Source of the DNA: Aureliella sp.
GTDB lineage: Bacteria > Planctomycetota > Planctomycetia > Pirellulales > Pirellulaceae
Assembly: GCA_963691875.1 (NCBI GenBank)
Contig: OY829846.1
Coordinates: forward strand, 2,240,001 to 2,304,000
Direction of reading: 5' to 3'
DNA: 64,000 nt
Position numbers and translations under genes: made by a program
The notes under the pieces: model-generated
What the model was told of the DNA's origin: nothing
The model's database searches: none
Seen by the model: the letters and a program-made list of their open reading frames with translations, nothing else
In this document: piece by piece, positions 10,577-20,541 of the stretch
Position numbering within the stretch: the first letter of the stretch is position 1
Layout: each line of letters begins with the position of its first letter

Positions 10577-13099
10577 ATGGCCAATCCAAGTTCAGTCGAG
10601 TTGCTCGCTCCAGCAGGGAATTGGGAGTGCGCGCGGGCTGCGATAGAGAATGGCGCGGATGCAATCTATTTTGGGCTTGAGTCAGGTTTTAACGCCCGGG
10701 CGCGGGCAGCGAATTTCCACTTGGACGACCTGGATCAGTTGATGCTGATGCTGCATCGCCAAGGTGTGAAGGGCTACGTTACGCTCAACACATTAATTTT
10801 CACCGACGAACTACCGGACTTTGAAATAAGCGTTCGGCGCCTTTCCGAATCCGGCGTGAATGCTGTTTTGGTCCAAGACCTGGGAGCAGCGCGTCTGATT
10901 CGCGAAATCTGCCCCGAACTCGAGGTGCACTCAAGTACCCAAATGACGCTGACGCACGCTGAGTCGATCGAGCTGGCCCGGGAACTGGGTGTTCAGCGAG
11001 TGGTGCTCGCACGCGAGCTGTCAGTGAAGGAGATTAGCAAGGTCACTGCCGCCACTGACATGCCGGTAGAAGTTTTTGTACATGGAGCACTTTGCGTTGC
11101 CTACAGCGGACAGTGCCTGACGAGTGAATCTTTTGGTGGCCGGAGTGCCAATCGTGGTCAGTGTGCTCAGGCCTGCCGCTTGCCATATGACCTTTACTGC
11201 GATGGTGAAGCACGCAACTTAGGCAATGTCCGCTATCTCCTCAGCCCACAAGACTTGGCCGCACATGATCTTGTTCCGCAGTTGATCGAAGCTGGTGTTT
11301 GCTCGCTTAAAGTTGAAGGACGACTTAAGACACCGGAGTACGTCGCCAATGTTTGCTCGCAGTATCGCTCTGCAATCGATTCAGCCTTGAGGCAACAGCC
11401 AAAAGTGCTTTCCGAGCAACAACAACGTGATTTGGAGATGAGCTTCTCACGTGGCTTTTCGCCAGGTTGGCTAGAAGGCTGCGATCACAAGCGATTGGTG
11501 CCTGGTACTAGCAGCGCCAAGCGTGGCGTCTTGCTTGGGACGGTGAACAGTCATCGCGGCGACCGCCTGCAGGTGCAACTCGATGCGCCGCTTTCTGTCG
11601 GCGATGGAGTCGTGTTGGAAGGCGATCGTTTCGCCTGCGAGGAGATTGGTGGCCGAGTCTTTGAGTTATTGCAGCGGGGCGAGAAACTTGCCTCGGTGGA
11701 CGGTGGAACAGTCGAAGTTGGATTGCCACGTGGAATTCTCGATCGTGATGCGGACTACTCCGGGCTGAAGGTCTTCAAGACAGATGATCCGCAGCTTACG
11801 AAACGCTTGCGCCGGAGTTTCGAAGGATCGGATCCGAAGAAACGGATTCTCGTGGACTTTGAGTTCTACATCGAAGTCGGTAAGCCAATTGAACTGAAGG
11901 CATCCACTGCTGACGGAGCTTCCATCAAACTCCAAAATGAGCATTGTCCTGAAGCTGCTCGCAAGCATCCAATTAGCCTGGAGAAACTAACCGAACAAAT
12001 GAGCCGCCTTGGCGGCACGGTCTATCGGATGGGAGATTTGTCTGCCACCATCGAAGGTGAACCGATGGTTCCGCTGAGTGTACTCGGCGGCCTGCGCCGG
12101 CAATGCATTGAGGCACTCGATGAGGCTCGCGTCCCACCAAGCTTTTCGTGCTCTCAAAGCAATGCAACGCAACGCATGCTAGTTTCGGTCGCAGAGGATG
12201 CGGCGTTAAATGGGAACTCATCTCCAGCAGCAGACGAACCGAGACTCCGTGTCCTTTGCCGCACGCTGACTCAACTGGAGCACGTACTGCAATTAGGTGT
12301 TCGAGATTTAATTGTCGACTTTCACGATATTCGTGAGTACCATCGAGCAGTTGCAGCATCCCATGAGGTTGGTGCACATATCGAACTAGCTACACTTCGC
12401 ATCCACAAGCCGGGGGAGGACGGCTTGTTCAAAGCGATGGCCAAGCATGGAGCCGATGGTTGGTTGGTGCGTAACTTGGCGGCGGTGAAGTATTGCCAGC
12501 AAGAACAAATTCCCATGAGCGGCGACTTTTCCTTGAACGTGACGAATCCGCTCACTGCTCAGCAACTCCGCAATTGGGGCATTGCGAGCGTCACAGCCTC
12601 ATATGATTTGAATCGTGATCAACTTCTGGAACTCGCCGAAGCGATGCCCAGCGATTGGTTGGAAGTGGTGATTCATCAGCATATGCCGATGTTCCACATG
12701 GAGCACTGTGTGTTCTGCAGTGTGCTGAGCCCTGGCAAGAACAAAAGCGATTGCGGGCGGCCATGTGATCGCCACGAAGTGCAGCTGGGCGATCGGACAG
12801 AAGCAAAACATGTTTTGCATGCTGATATTGGATGTCGCAACACGTTGTACAACGGAACGGCCCAGAGCGGGGCCGAAGCAGTTAAACCGCTGCTTGAACA
12901 AGGAGTGCGGCACTTTCGCATCGAGATGTTGCGTGACGCTGAGCCCGTGGATATCAAGCAGCTGGTCGAACTCTATCAAAAGCTCATCGCAGGCCAGCTC
13001 AGTGGCACTCAGGTCTGGCAGCAACTTAAAGCTCACAATCGCGTCGGTGTGACTCGCGGAACCCTCGAACAGCCTCGAAATCCCCTGGCGATCCTTTAG
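10577..13099 (+). CDS. U32 family protein with DUF3656, RlhA-like (putative 23S rRNA hydroxylation, Fe-S)
   Basis: ELLAPAG, GADAIYFG, HGALCVAYSGQC...SANRGQCAQACR and SLKVEGRLK; second degenerate U32 domain at the C-terminus (HCVFC...CGRPC). Confidence 0.88.
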   Translation: MANPSSVELLAPAGNWECARAAIENGADAIYFGLESGFNARARAANFHLDDLDQLMLMLHRQGVKGYVTLNTLIFTDELPDFEISVRRLSESGVNAVLVQDLGAARLIREICPELEVHSSTQMTLTHAESIELARELGVQRVVLARELSVKEISKVTAATDMPVEVFVHGALCVAYSGQCLTSESFGGRSANRGQCAQACRLPYDLYCDGEARNLGNVRYLLSPQDLAAHDLVPQLIEAGVCSLKVEGRLKTPEYVANVCSQYRSAIDSALRQQPKVLSEQQQRDLEMSFSRGFSPGWLEGCDHKRLVPGTSSAKRGVLLGTVNSHRGDRLQVQLDAPLSVGDGVVLEGDRFACEEIGGRVFELLQRGEKLASVDGGTVEVGLPRGILDRDADYSGLKVFKTDDPQLTKRLRRSFEGSDPKKRILVDFEFYIEVGKPIELKASTADGASIKLQNEHCPEAARKHPISLEKLTEQMSRLGGTVYRMGDLSATIEGEPMVPLSVLGGLRRQCIEALDEARVPPSFSCSQSNATQRMLVSVAEDAALNGNSSPAADEPRLRVLCRTLTQLEHVLQLGVRDLIVDFHDIREYHRAVAASHEVGAHIELATLRIHKPGEDGLFKAMAKHGADGWLVRNLAAVKYCQQEQIPMSGDFSLNVTNPLTAQQLRNWGIASVTASYDLNRDQLLELAEAMPSDWLEVVIHQHMPMFHMEHCVFCSVLSPGKNKSDCGRPCDRHEVQLGDRTEAKHVLHADIGCRNTLYNGTAQSGAEAVKPLLEQGVRHFRIEMLRDAEPVDIKQLVELYQKLIAGQLSGTQVWQQLKAHNRVGVTRGTLEQPRNPLAIL

Positions 13100-13442
13100 C
13101 TACGTCTCAAGCTGCATATCGTGAGCAGCTTGTGGAATGCGGTGATCACTATTCTGCACTCCGTAAGTTCTACTTCGACTTCACGCTGGAAAATAGCCAA
13201 CACGATGTCCAAGTGCTAAAGCTTTCCCGCAGGATGGAAGGATTCTGGGCGGTCTGCTTCGTGAACTGATTCAGTCCGAGCGGTAGCGAAAGCAGTAGCC
13301 AGCTTTTCCGTCTGGCCAACAGCCCCTTCCGATTGCCTGTCCTGGACAGCCACAACCTTCTCGAGAATTTTCTCAGCAGTTACGCGGCGTCCGTGGACAC
13401 GCCAACAGCTTCGTGTCTGAGTAGGCTGATTTACTGAGATCT

Positions 13443-13697
13443 ATGGAAGCTGAGTCTAGGCTTCATGCAGGACTTCACGACCATCTGGACGAAGTCCGCA
13501 GGTTGAATGCTCTGGCCACTTATGTTCAGCAAAACTTGAGACAATCGCCCCACCGCAGCTGTTTGGTAAACAAACTTGGACAGCTGGATGCACAATGGCG
13601 GATGGCAAAGTGCAATTCGGCCGACTGGCAATCGATCCTACGAGTAGATGACAAGTCGACAAATTGCTTGCTGCAACTGCAGGCACTGGTCAGATAG
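13443..13697 (+). CDS. Hypothetical protein
   Basis: 84-aa ATG ORF in an otherwise empty intergenic gap; no motif. Confidence 0.35.
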   Translation: MEAESRLHAGLHDHLDEVRRLNALATYVQQNLRQSPHRSCLVNKLGQLDAQWRMAKCNSADWQSILRVDDKSTNCLLQLQALVR

Positions 13698-14078
13698 CTT
13701 CCCTATTTCGCAGTAGAACGAAGGCTCGTTTAACGCCCAGCCGCAGCCGCCGGCTTGCTTTGGTTCTTCAATAAGGAACGCATTCTTTACGCCTCATTGC
13801 CTCATTGGGGCATTCACTCTAGATTCGTGTGAGCCTAACGCACCCTACCATCGGGGCAAATGCTTGCAAATGATTTGAGCCTGCCAAGAAGAGGCCGGAG
13901 GGAATCCCCCACACTCTCAACAACCATCAGAAATTTTCTTCCCAGACTGCCAATATCCGCTGAAGCTAGACGAGTTAGTTAGTCATAGACGCCGCGGACT
14001 CGAATCGATGGGATGTTGCCTTGAGGGCTGCAACCGGGTTCGCTAGTCTTCGCGATGCTCTATTGGAAAGGAATCCAG

Positions 14079-15161
14079 ATGCAGCGATCGATTCTGCAAA
14101 CTACCGCTTTGATGATGTTTGCATGCCAAGCAAGCATTGCTCAACAGCCCATTGTGACAGAAGCAGCATTTCCCCTGCTCGTTCGTACGGAAGCTCCTTC
14201 CGCTTCAGAGCTGGGAAACAGCAGCTATTTTGAACAAGGGGATGCCGCGCAAACCGATGAACTGATGGTCATCCCCGCAGTCTCAGCAGCTACGCCCCCC
14301 GCCCTGCAGATCCATCAACCTGTGATCGAGTTACCGGAAGCGGTAGTTGTTTCTGAAGCAGAAATTTGCGGCTGCGGGGATTGTGCTGTCTGCGAACGTC
14401 GCTCGCCGGGAGTCACTTTTGGCGATTGGTTTGGTTATAACTCACCGCAGAGCGATACCACTTGGCTGGTCGGTAACGGTGACGATCTTGGTATGTTCAG
14501 TTTCGAGAACTACCCCAACTTGAAGCTCGGCAAGAGCAGATCGTTCTCGCTCGGTACTGGTTTTCACTTTGTGAACGGTCCGATTGCAACGGACTTACCC
14601 CCAAGGCTATTCGATCTCGTTCTAGCGTATCAGAAACGCAAGGCTTGGTCATCGCGATTCATGTACGACATGCGCGTATCCGTAGGAGCCTTCACTGACT
14701 ACGAGGGTAGCGTTAGGAAAGGCATTCGATTCCCGGGGCACTTTGTCACTTTTTTCGAATGGAATCCCTGGTTAGTTAGCGTGCTAGGAATCGAAGCTCC
14801 AGATCGTGACGATATCAGTGTCCTGCCGGTGGCAGGATTTGTTTGGCGGCCCAACTCAGAGATGGTGATCGAAGCCGTTTTTCCGCGTCCCAAGATTCAA
14901 ACGTGTATTCGTGGAAAAAGAGCTTTGTATTTGTCCGGCGAGCTAGGCGGAGGCACTTGGGCCATCGAACGAGTTGGCGGCATCAACGACAACGCAACCT
15001 ATCGAGACTTCCGTGTTATGCTTGGTATCCATGACTTTGGTGACAACGATTCCGACTTTGAAATCGGCTGGGCCTGCGGTCGGAAGCTCGAATATCGCTC
15101 GGGCATCGGCGACTACAACATCGATGACACCTTGCTCATTCGCTGGCGCACGCATTATTGA
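14079..15161 (+). CDS. Putative outer-membrane beta-barrel protein (DUF6268-like)
   Basis: AAAGGAA RBS, signal peptide, amphipathic strands (DLPPRLFD, VLPVAGFVWRP, EAVFPRPKI, GELGGGTWAIER), aromatic C-terminus. Confidence 0.7.
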   Translation: MQRSILQTTALMMFACQASIAQQPIVTEAAFPLLVRTEAPSASELGNSSYFEQGDAAQTDELMVIPAVSAATPPALQIHQPVIELPEAVVVSEAEICGCGDCAVCERRSPGVTFGDWFGYNSPQSDTTWLVGNGDDLGMFSFENYPNLKLGKSRSFSLGTGFHFVNGPIATDLPPRLFDLVLAYQKRKAWSSRFMYDMRVSVGAFTDYEGSVRKGIRFPGHFVTFFEWNPWLVSVLGIEAPDRDDISVLPVAGFVWRPNSEMVIEAVFPRPKIQTCIRGKRALYLSGELGGGTWAIERVGGINDNATYRDFRVMLGIHDFGDNDSDFEIGWACGRKLEYRSGIGDYNIDDTLLIRWRTHY

Positions 15162-15388
15162 TGCCGCTCCAACGCTTCCTAGGCCTGGATGATACTGGCT
15201 TGCAAGTGTTTCGGCGTGTTCCGAGCATGCAGCCTGAGCCCCAAGGTCATAACCAAACTGTGTACGCCTCGATTGAGAAAACTCATCTAGCAGCGACTGT
15301 CACTTCTCGAAGTACTACTGACAGAACAACGTACAGCATCCAGGTAACACACACACAACAGCGAACTGACCAAGTGCCGAGCCCCGAC

Positions 15389-15727
15389 TTACGACGCGAT
15401 GGATTCAAGTAGGCTGATCCAGAAGCCGCAAAGAAGCACAAAGAGCATTCCCATCCAGGCGATCATCGCAACTGGCAAAATCACGAGCGAAATAGAATTG
15501 AGTATAAAGCTGAATCCAGTTCGCTCGTTGACGCCCTGTGGGTCGAGACAGTCGGACAACACCATGCCGCCCATCGCTAGCCAGAATACGGCTGATGCAA
15601 TGGTGAAACCATTTGGAATCCAATTGTCGAATCGATCGAGAGTCACAGAAATAGCAACCGTAGTGGTGGCGATCAATAGTTGCCGAATTCCGAATCGCCG
15701 AAGATCAGGAGGAATACTCGTCGACAT
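15389..15727 (-). CDS. Small membrane protein
   Basis: RFGIRQLLIATT start typical of planctomycete membrane proteins; 3-4 TM segments. Confidence 0.65.
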   Translation of the reverse strand: MSTSIPPDLRRFGIRQLLIATTTVAISVTLDRFDNWIPNGFTIASAVFWLAMGGMVLSDCLDPQGVNERTGFSFILNSISLVILPVAMIAWMGMLFVLLCGFWISLLESIAS

Positions 15728-15764
15728 GGCGGTCGATCTCCGATGTATGACATTCGATGAAACT

Positions 15765-17162
15765 CTAGTTGTAGCTGACCGCACGCATATCAACGCAAAT
15801 CAATTCCTTCTCATTGCGAACAAATAGCTTTCCATCCGAACAAGCTGGCGGATACCAAACATAAGCCCTACCTCGAGACTGTGCTGTCGTATCTAGAAGC
15901 TTGGTACGACCAAGCTCCTTGTAACCGTCGGCCGAGAGATCAGAGAGAATCAACTCTCCTTGGTCGGTGAACAACCAGAAGCGGTCTTGGTTTTCGATCG
16001 CAAACAAAGAAGGAAAGCCTTTGTCGCCACGCGGAATCACTTGTGGATCTTCCTCAGCAGTCGCCAGGGCCTCGTAGCTTCGCCACAGCAAAGAGCCATC
16101 TTTCGTACTCACACAACGCAGTTCGCCATTTCCGGCAACTCCGATCAAACTCCCGTCACGTTGTACCACGGTCGACATGATCGAGTTGATATCCTCGTCG
16201 TGCTTCCTATCGTTCTCCGTACTCCACAATTCTTCGGTCGAGAAGTCGGGCTGGAGCTGAAAGAGCATTGAGCCATGGTAGAAATTCGATACAAATATTT
16301 TATCTCCTAGCACCTTCGGAGGCACAATGGAAACGACAGGCCGTTGTGGTTTTGCGTCTGGGAATTTGTGAGACCACAGCTGACCTCCCGTAGCGATTTC
16401 CAAACCGCAGATTGCAACGTCGTACCAAACGATGAGCTGCTCCTTTCCATGAATCTCGGCAACCACATAGGGAGCGTAGCCGATCTCTCGAGCGGTAATA
16501 CTTGTCCAGAATTCTTCGCCAGTCATTTTCTTCATCGCGACGACACCGGTGCCTTCGCCGCCCGCCGCACATATGAGCAAGTCACCGATGACCAAAGGCT
16601 GTGAAGCTTAGCCCCAAACGGGCGGCTTGGTTTCATACTTTTCAGCGACATTAATTTGCCAGATCACTTCACCCGTAGCGGCTTTAAGACACAGCACCTC
16701 GCCCATTGTCCCTTGAATGTAAACTCGATCGCCGTCGACAGTCGGATTGGATCTCGGACCGCCTGGATAGGATACTTTCAGTTCTGTTTCATATTCGTAG
16801 GTCCAGATTTCCTTGCCAGTCGTACTATCCAAGCAGATCACGCGTTCCGTTCCACTTCGACTCCTCAGACGTCCGGTATCACCTTCGACGGGCTCAGAGA
16901 CAAAGTCCATCACGAAGAGCCGACCATCTGCGACAGACGGACCATTATACCCTCCTTGCACCGGAGAACGCCAAAGCACTTTGAGCCCGTCAACTGGAAT
17001 CTCGGCGACAACGCCAGATTCATTCCAAACTCCTTCATAGCCCTTGCCCATCCAGCTAGGCCAATCCTCCGCCTTTGCATAAGTCACAATCGTAGAAACC
17101 AGGAAGGCAAGAGTAAGGAGAAGCGTGCGCGATTTGCGGAGCGTGGGAACTTGGCGATACAT
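15765..17162 (-). pseudogene. PQQ-binding-like beta-propeller (BamB-like) protein interrupted by one in-frame TAA at 16608-16610
   Basis: ORFs 16608-17162 and 15765-16595 share a frame and read PPVWG*ASQPLVIGDLL; AEDWPSWMG, GPRSNPTVDGDRVY and PPACSDGKLFVRN motifs. Confidence 0.85.
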
Positions 17163-17600
17163 GGCTTCGGTTCGGTCGGCGAATGGGAATGATCAAAACA
17201 CTTCTGTTGCTGAGGCCTAAGGTTTAATTAAACAGATTTCAAACGCGACGCTAGCGATTTGAGGAGTTTTCTACAAGTCTTCCACAAAACGCGAGCGGTC
17301 GCCGAGCCCTTTCTCGCCGCTCTTTTGGGGATCTCCGTGTCGCTCGGCATGCTCGCAAAGTTTGACTATCCCGCAGTTTGATAAACAGAGACTTATTGCG
17401 AGCCAGGAATTCGGCCCGCGTTTGGATTCTCCAACTTTCCAAAGTCTCAGCATTTATTAACCTCGTTCTTCTCACGTACGCGCTTCCACGAGCACTAACA
17501 AAGTGCAAAAGCCATCCACATCCCACGCTCGTGCGGATAGGAAAATGCGATCGAGGCCCCGTGTGACTCTGACGAATAAACGCGAGAATGGAACCCAAGC

Positions 17601-18608
17601 ATGGATCCTCAAAGTATGGAATCTGCCGACACTGACCAGGAATTCAATCCAGTCAAGGCGGAAAACACTAAGCCTGCTGCCGGCACTTCCCCTGAGCCAA
17701 AGCCAGCAGCTGACGAAGCGGCGAGCATCGAACCCGTCAATGACTCCAACGAATCAAATGCCGAAGTTGCCGTGGCTGAAACCTCGAGCGACTCTTCTTT
17801 CGGGGCTGCGGAAGCACCTGTGGACGAAGCCAAGACCAACGAGCTCTCCTCGGACTTCGTTGGTCGCTGGACGACTTTGATCAGCACTACCAACTGGGAA
17901 AAAGGAAAGATCATCTACGAATGGCGCGACGCCTTGATGGGTTCCGAATCGCCTTCCAGCACTTACAGCGATGACGCTTGGGCACAGCGAGTTGGTGGTG
18001 TGACCCCCCAACACGCCGGCCGCTTGCGCCGGGTTTTCGATCGCTTTGGGAGTTCCTACGAAAGCTTCTCGGGTCTCTACTGGAGCCACTTCCTCGCAGC
18101 CCTCGATTGGGACGACGCCGAAATGTGGCTCGAGGGAGCAACCCAGAGCAATTGGAGTGTCTCGCAAATGCGACGCACTCGTTGGGAGTCCCAAGGGGGT
18201 AATCCTCAACAAGAACCACAAGAAACGGAAATTGTATCCGCTAGCATCGACGAAGACTTCACGCCGCTCGCCGAAGTGGAAGAAGATTCTGGAGTTCAGG
18301 ACGATTCGCGTAGCGTCGCCGAAGGACCTCGTGACGAAAGTCCAGACTTTGGAGACGAGAACGAAGCCACTGCCCCAGATGGAAGCACCATCGACGATGA
18401 AGCTCTGCCTTGGGAAGGCGATGCAGAAGTCGGTGATCCGATCGAATCCCCCTTCGCAAACTTGCCAAGCCTTCCGGTCGACATGGCGGACGCTCTCGAA
18501 CAATTCAAGCTGAGCATCATTCGCCATCGCAGCGACTCGTGGGCAGAAGTCGCTCAGGGCGATGTGCTTCAAGCCGTCGATGCCCTTCGAGCCTTTGCCG
18601 CACAATAG
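17601..18608 (+). CDS. Hypothetical protein with acidic disordered arms and a DUF1016/YhcG-N-like core
   Basis: NWEKGKII...LRRVFDRF...LYWSHF...WSVSQMRR pattern. Confidence 0.75.
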   Translation: MDPQSMESADTDQEFNPVKAENTKPAAGTSPEPKPAADEAASIEPVNDSNESNAEVAVAETSSDSSFGAAEAPVDEAKTNELSSDFVGRWTTLISTTNWEKGKIIYEWRDALMGSESPSSTYSDDAWAQRVGGVTPQHAGRLRRVFDRFGSSYESFSGLYWSHFLAALDWDDAEMWLEGATQSNWSVSQMRRTRWESQGGNPQQEPQETEIVSASIDEDFTPLAEVEEDSGVQDDSRSVAEGPRDESPDFGDENEATAPDGSTIDDEALPWEGDAEVGDPIESPFANLPSLPVDMADALEQFKLSIIRHRSDSWAEVAQGDVLQAVDALRAFAAQ

Positions 18609-18722
18609 CATTGGATCGACTAGAATAGTAACAATGCAAACTCAAGACTCCGTCGAGATTACTCGATGGAGTCTTTCTTATTGGGTGTATCAAGTACGAA
18701 TCAGTGGACCGGAAAACCTCGC

Positions 18723-20378
18723 ATGCGCATATTGCAAACCATTGTTCTTGCTTTCACGGCTCTCGCGGTTGGAGTTGGTTTCCCACTCGCTCAGGCTCAG
18801 GAGGTCGAGAAGTACGACCAACAAGACAAATTACGCGGCTCCGTGACTCCCGAGCGTCAGTGGTGGGACTTGCTGCACTATCACTTGCGGATCGAGGTGC
18901 TCCCTGAGACGAAGACACTTGCTGGCAGCAACACGATTCGCTTCAAGCCCACACAAGTGGCGAAACGCATGCAACTCGACTTGCAAGAGCCAATGAAAAT
19001 CACCGCAGTGACGCTTGGCGAAAACAGCTTGCCATATGAGCGTGATGGCAATGTGTACTGGATCGATTTCCCCGAACCGCTGCCACTTGGCAAGGAAGCT
19101 TCCATTGTGGTTCAGTACGAGGGCAAACCTGTCGAAAGCGTGCGTCCGCCTTGGAGCGGCGGTCTGACTTGGCAAAAGGATTCGTCGGGATCACCTTTCA
19201 TCGCAACAACGTGCCAAGGTGACGGAGCCAGTTTATGGTGGCCGTGTAAAGACCACGGCTACGATGAGCCTGACGAAGGCGTTCGCGTGAGTGTGACCGT
19301 CCCAGAAAAACTGGTCGCAGTCTGCAATGGCCGTCTGGACAAAGAAGAACGAGACACAGAAGCAGCGACTCGAACTTTTCACTGGCAAGTCACGCAGCCT
19401 ATCAACAACTACTGCGTCAACCTGAACATTGGCGACTATGTTACTTTCTCCGACGACTTCGAAGGCGAAGGCGGCAAGTTGGACATGCAATATTGGGTTT
19501 TACGTGAGCACAAGGAAATCGCTCAGAAGCAGTTCCGTGAAGCACCTCGAACCATCGAAGCTTTCGAGCACTGGTTCGGCAAGTATCCCTTCTACGAGGA
19601 CAGTTACAAGCTGGTGGAAGTGCCTTATTTGGGCATGGAGCATCAAAGCTCAGTCACTTATGGCAACGGATTCAAAAATGGTTATCGCGGCACAGATTTG
19701 AGCGGCACTGGCGTCGGCATGCTCTTCGATTTCATTGTCGTTCACGAGTCGGGACATGAGTGGTTTGGGAATAACATCTCGATGCGTGATGTAGCAGACA
19801 TGTGGATTCACGAGAGCTTCACCAATTACTCTGAAAATTTATTCGTTGAATATCACTTTAGCGAAATAGAAGCCCAAGATTACGTGATTGGCTGTCGTAA
19901 GCGAGTCCGCAATGACGTGCCGATTATTGGAGTCTACGATGTAAACCAGTCTGGCAGCGGCGACATGTACTACAAAGGCGGCAATATGCTGCACGCAATC
20001 CGCCACACCATCAACGATACCGAAAAGTGGCGAGAGATCCTTCGCGGACTCAATCAAGACTTCTACCATCAAACAGTCACGACTCAGCAGATCGAGGAAT
20101 ACATTAGCGAGAAGTCGGGAATCGATTTTCGGCTTTTCTTTGATCAGTACCTGCGAACGACCAAAATCCCTAGACTGAAATACTCGATCGCCGGCAAACA
20201 AGTCACCTACCAACTAGAAAACGTCATTCCTGGCTTCGCCTATCCGGTCCGAGTCGACATCGATGGCGAACAGAAGACAATTGTGCCATCCGAACACCCC
20301 CAAACACTGGAACTTGACAAGCCAGTCGAATCCTTCCTGCTCGACCGCAATTTCTACATCGACGTCGTCAAGGAATAG
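18723..20378 (+). CDS. M1 family zinc aminopeptidase, secreted
   Basis: GMEH, HESGHEW...E (HEXXH-x18-E) and YYKGG; signal peptide. Confidence 0.93.
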   Translation: MRILQTIVLAFTALAVGVGFPLAQAQEVEKYDQQDKLRGSVTPERQWWDLLHYHLRIEVLPETKTLAGSNTIRFKPTQVAKRMQLDLQEPMKITAVTLGENSLPYERDGNVYWIDFPEPLPLGKEASIVVQYEGKPVESVRPPWSGGLTWQKDSSGSPFIATTCQGDGASLWWPCKDHGYDEPDEGVRVSVTVPEKLVAVCNGRLDKEERDTEAATRTFHWQVTQPINNYCVNLNIGDYVTFSDDFEGEGGKLDMQYWVLREHKEIAQKQFREAPRTIEAFEHWFGKYPFYEDSYKLVEVPYLGMEHQSSVTYGNGFKNGYRGTDLSGTGVGMLFDFIVVHESGHEWFGNNISMRDVADMWIHESFTNYSENLFVEYHFSEIEAQDYVIGCRKRVRNDVPIIGVYDVNQSGSGDMYYKGGNMLHAIRHTINDTEKWREILRGLNQDFYHQTVTTQQIEEYISEKSGIDFRLFFDQYLRTTKIPRLKYSIAGKQVTYQLENVIPGFAYPVRVDIDGEQKTIVPSEHPQTLELDKPVESFLLDRNFYIDVVKE

Positions 20379-20541
20379 CATTCAGCGAGGTTGAACTACA
20401 ATGTTTTGCCTTAAGTAGGTTCATTTCAATTATCCCGACTAAGAGTAGGTCTATTGTCCCAATTGACCTCGTCCACCACTGAGCCGCATGTTGCTCCTTG
20501 CGGTACTCCTCTAGCCCCCACCACCCCAACGGAAACTTAGA

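Noticed and set aside
13100..14050. Long intergenic region as a possible ncRNA or tRNA locus
   Set aside because: No tRNA cloverleaf or recognisable RNA family motif found by eye
16608..16610. Stop-codon recoding (Sec, Pyl or alternative code) in the propeller gene
   Set aside because: The codon is TAA, the expected residue is Tyr/Phe, and TAA terminates many other genes here
17754..18611. 285-aa minus-strand ORF
   Set aside because: Antisense shadow of the 17601-18608 gene
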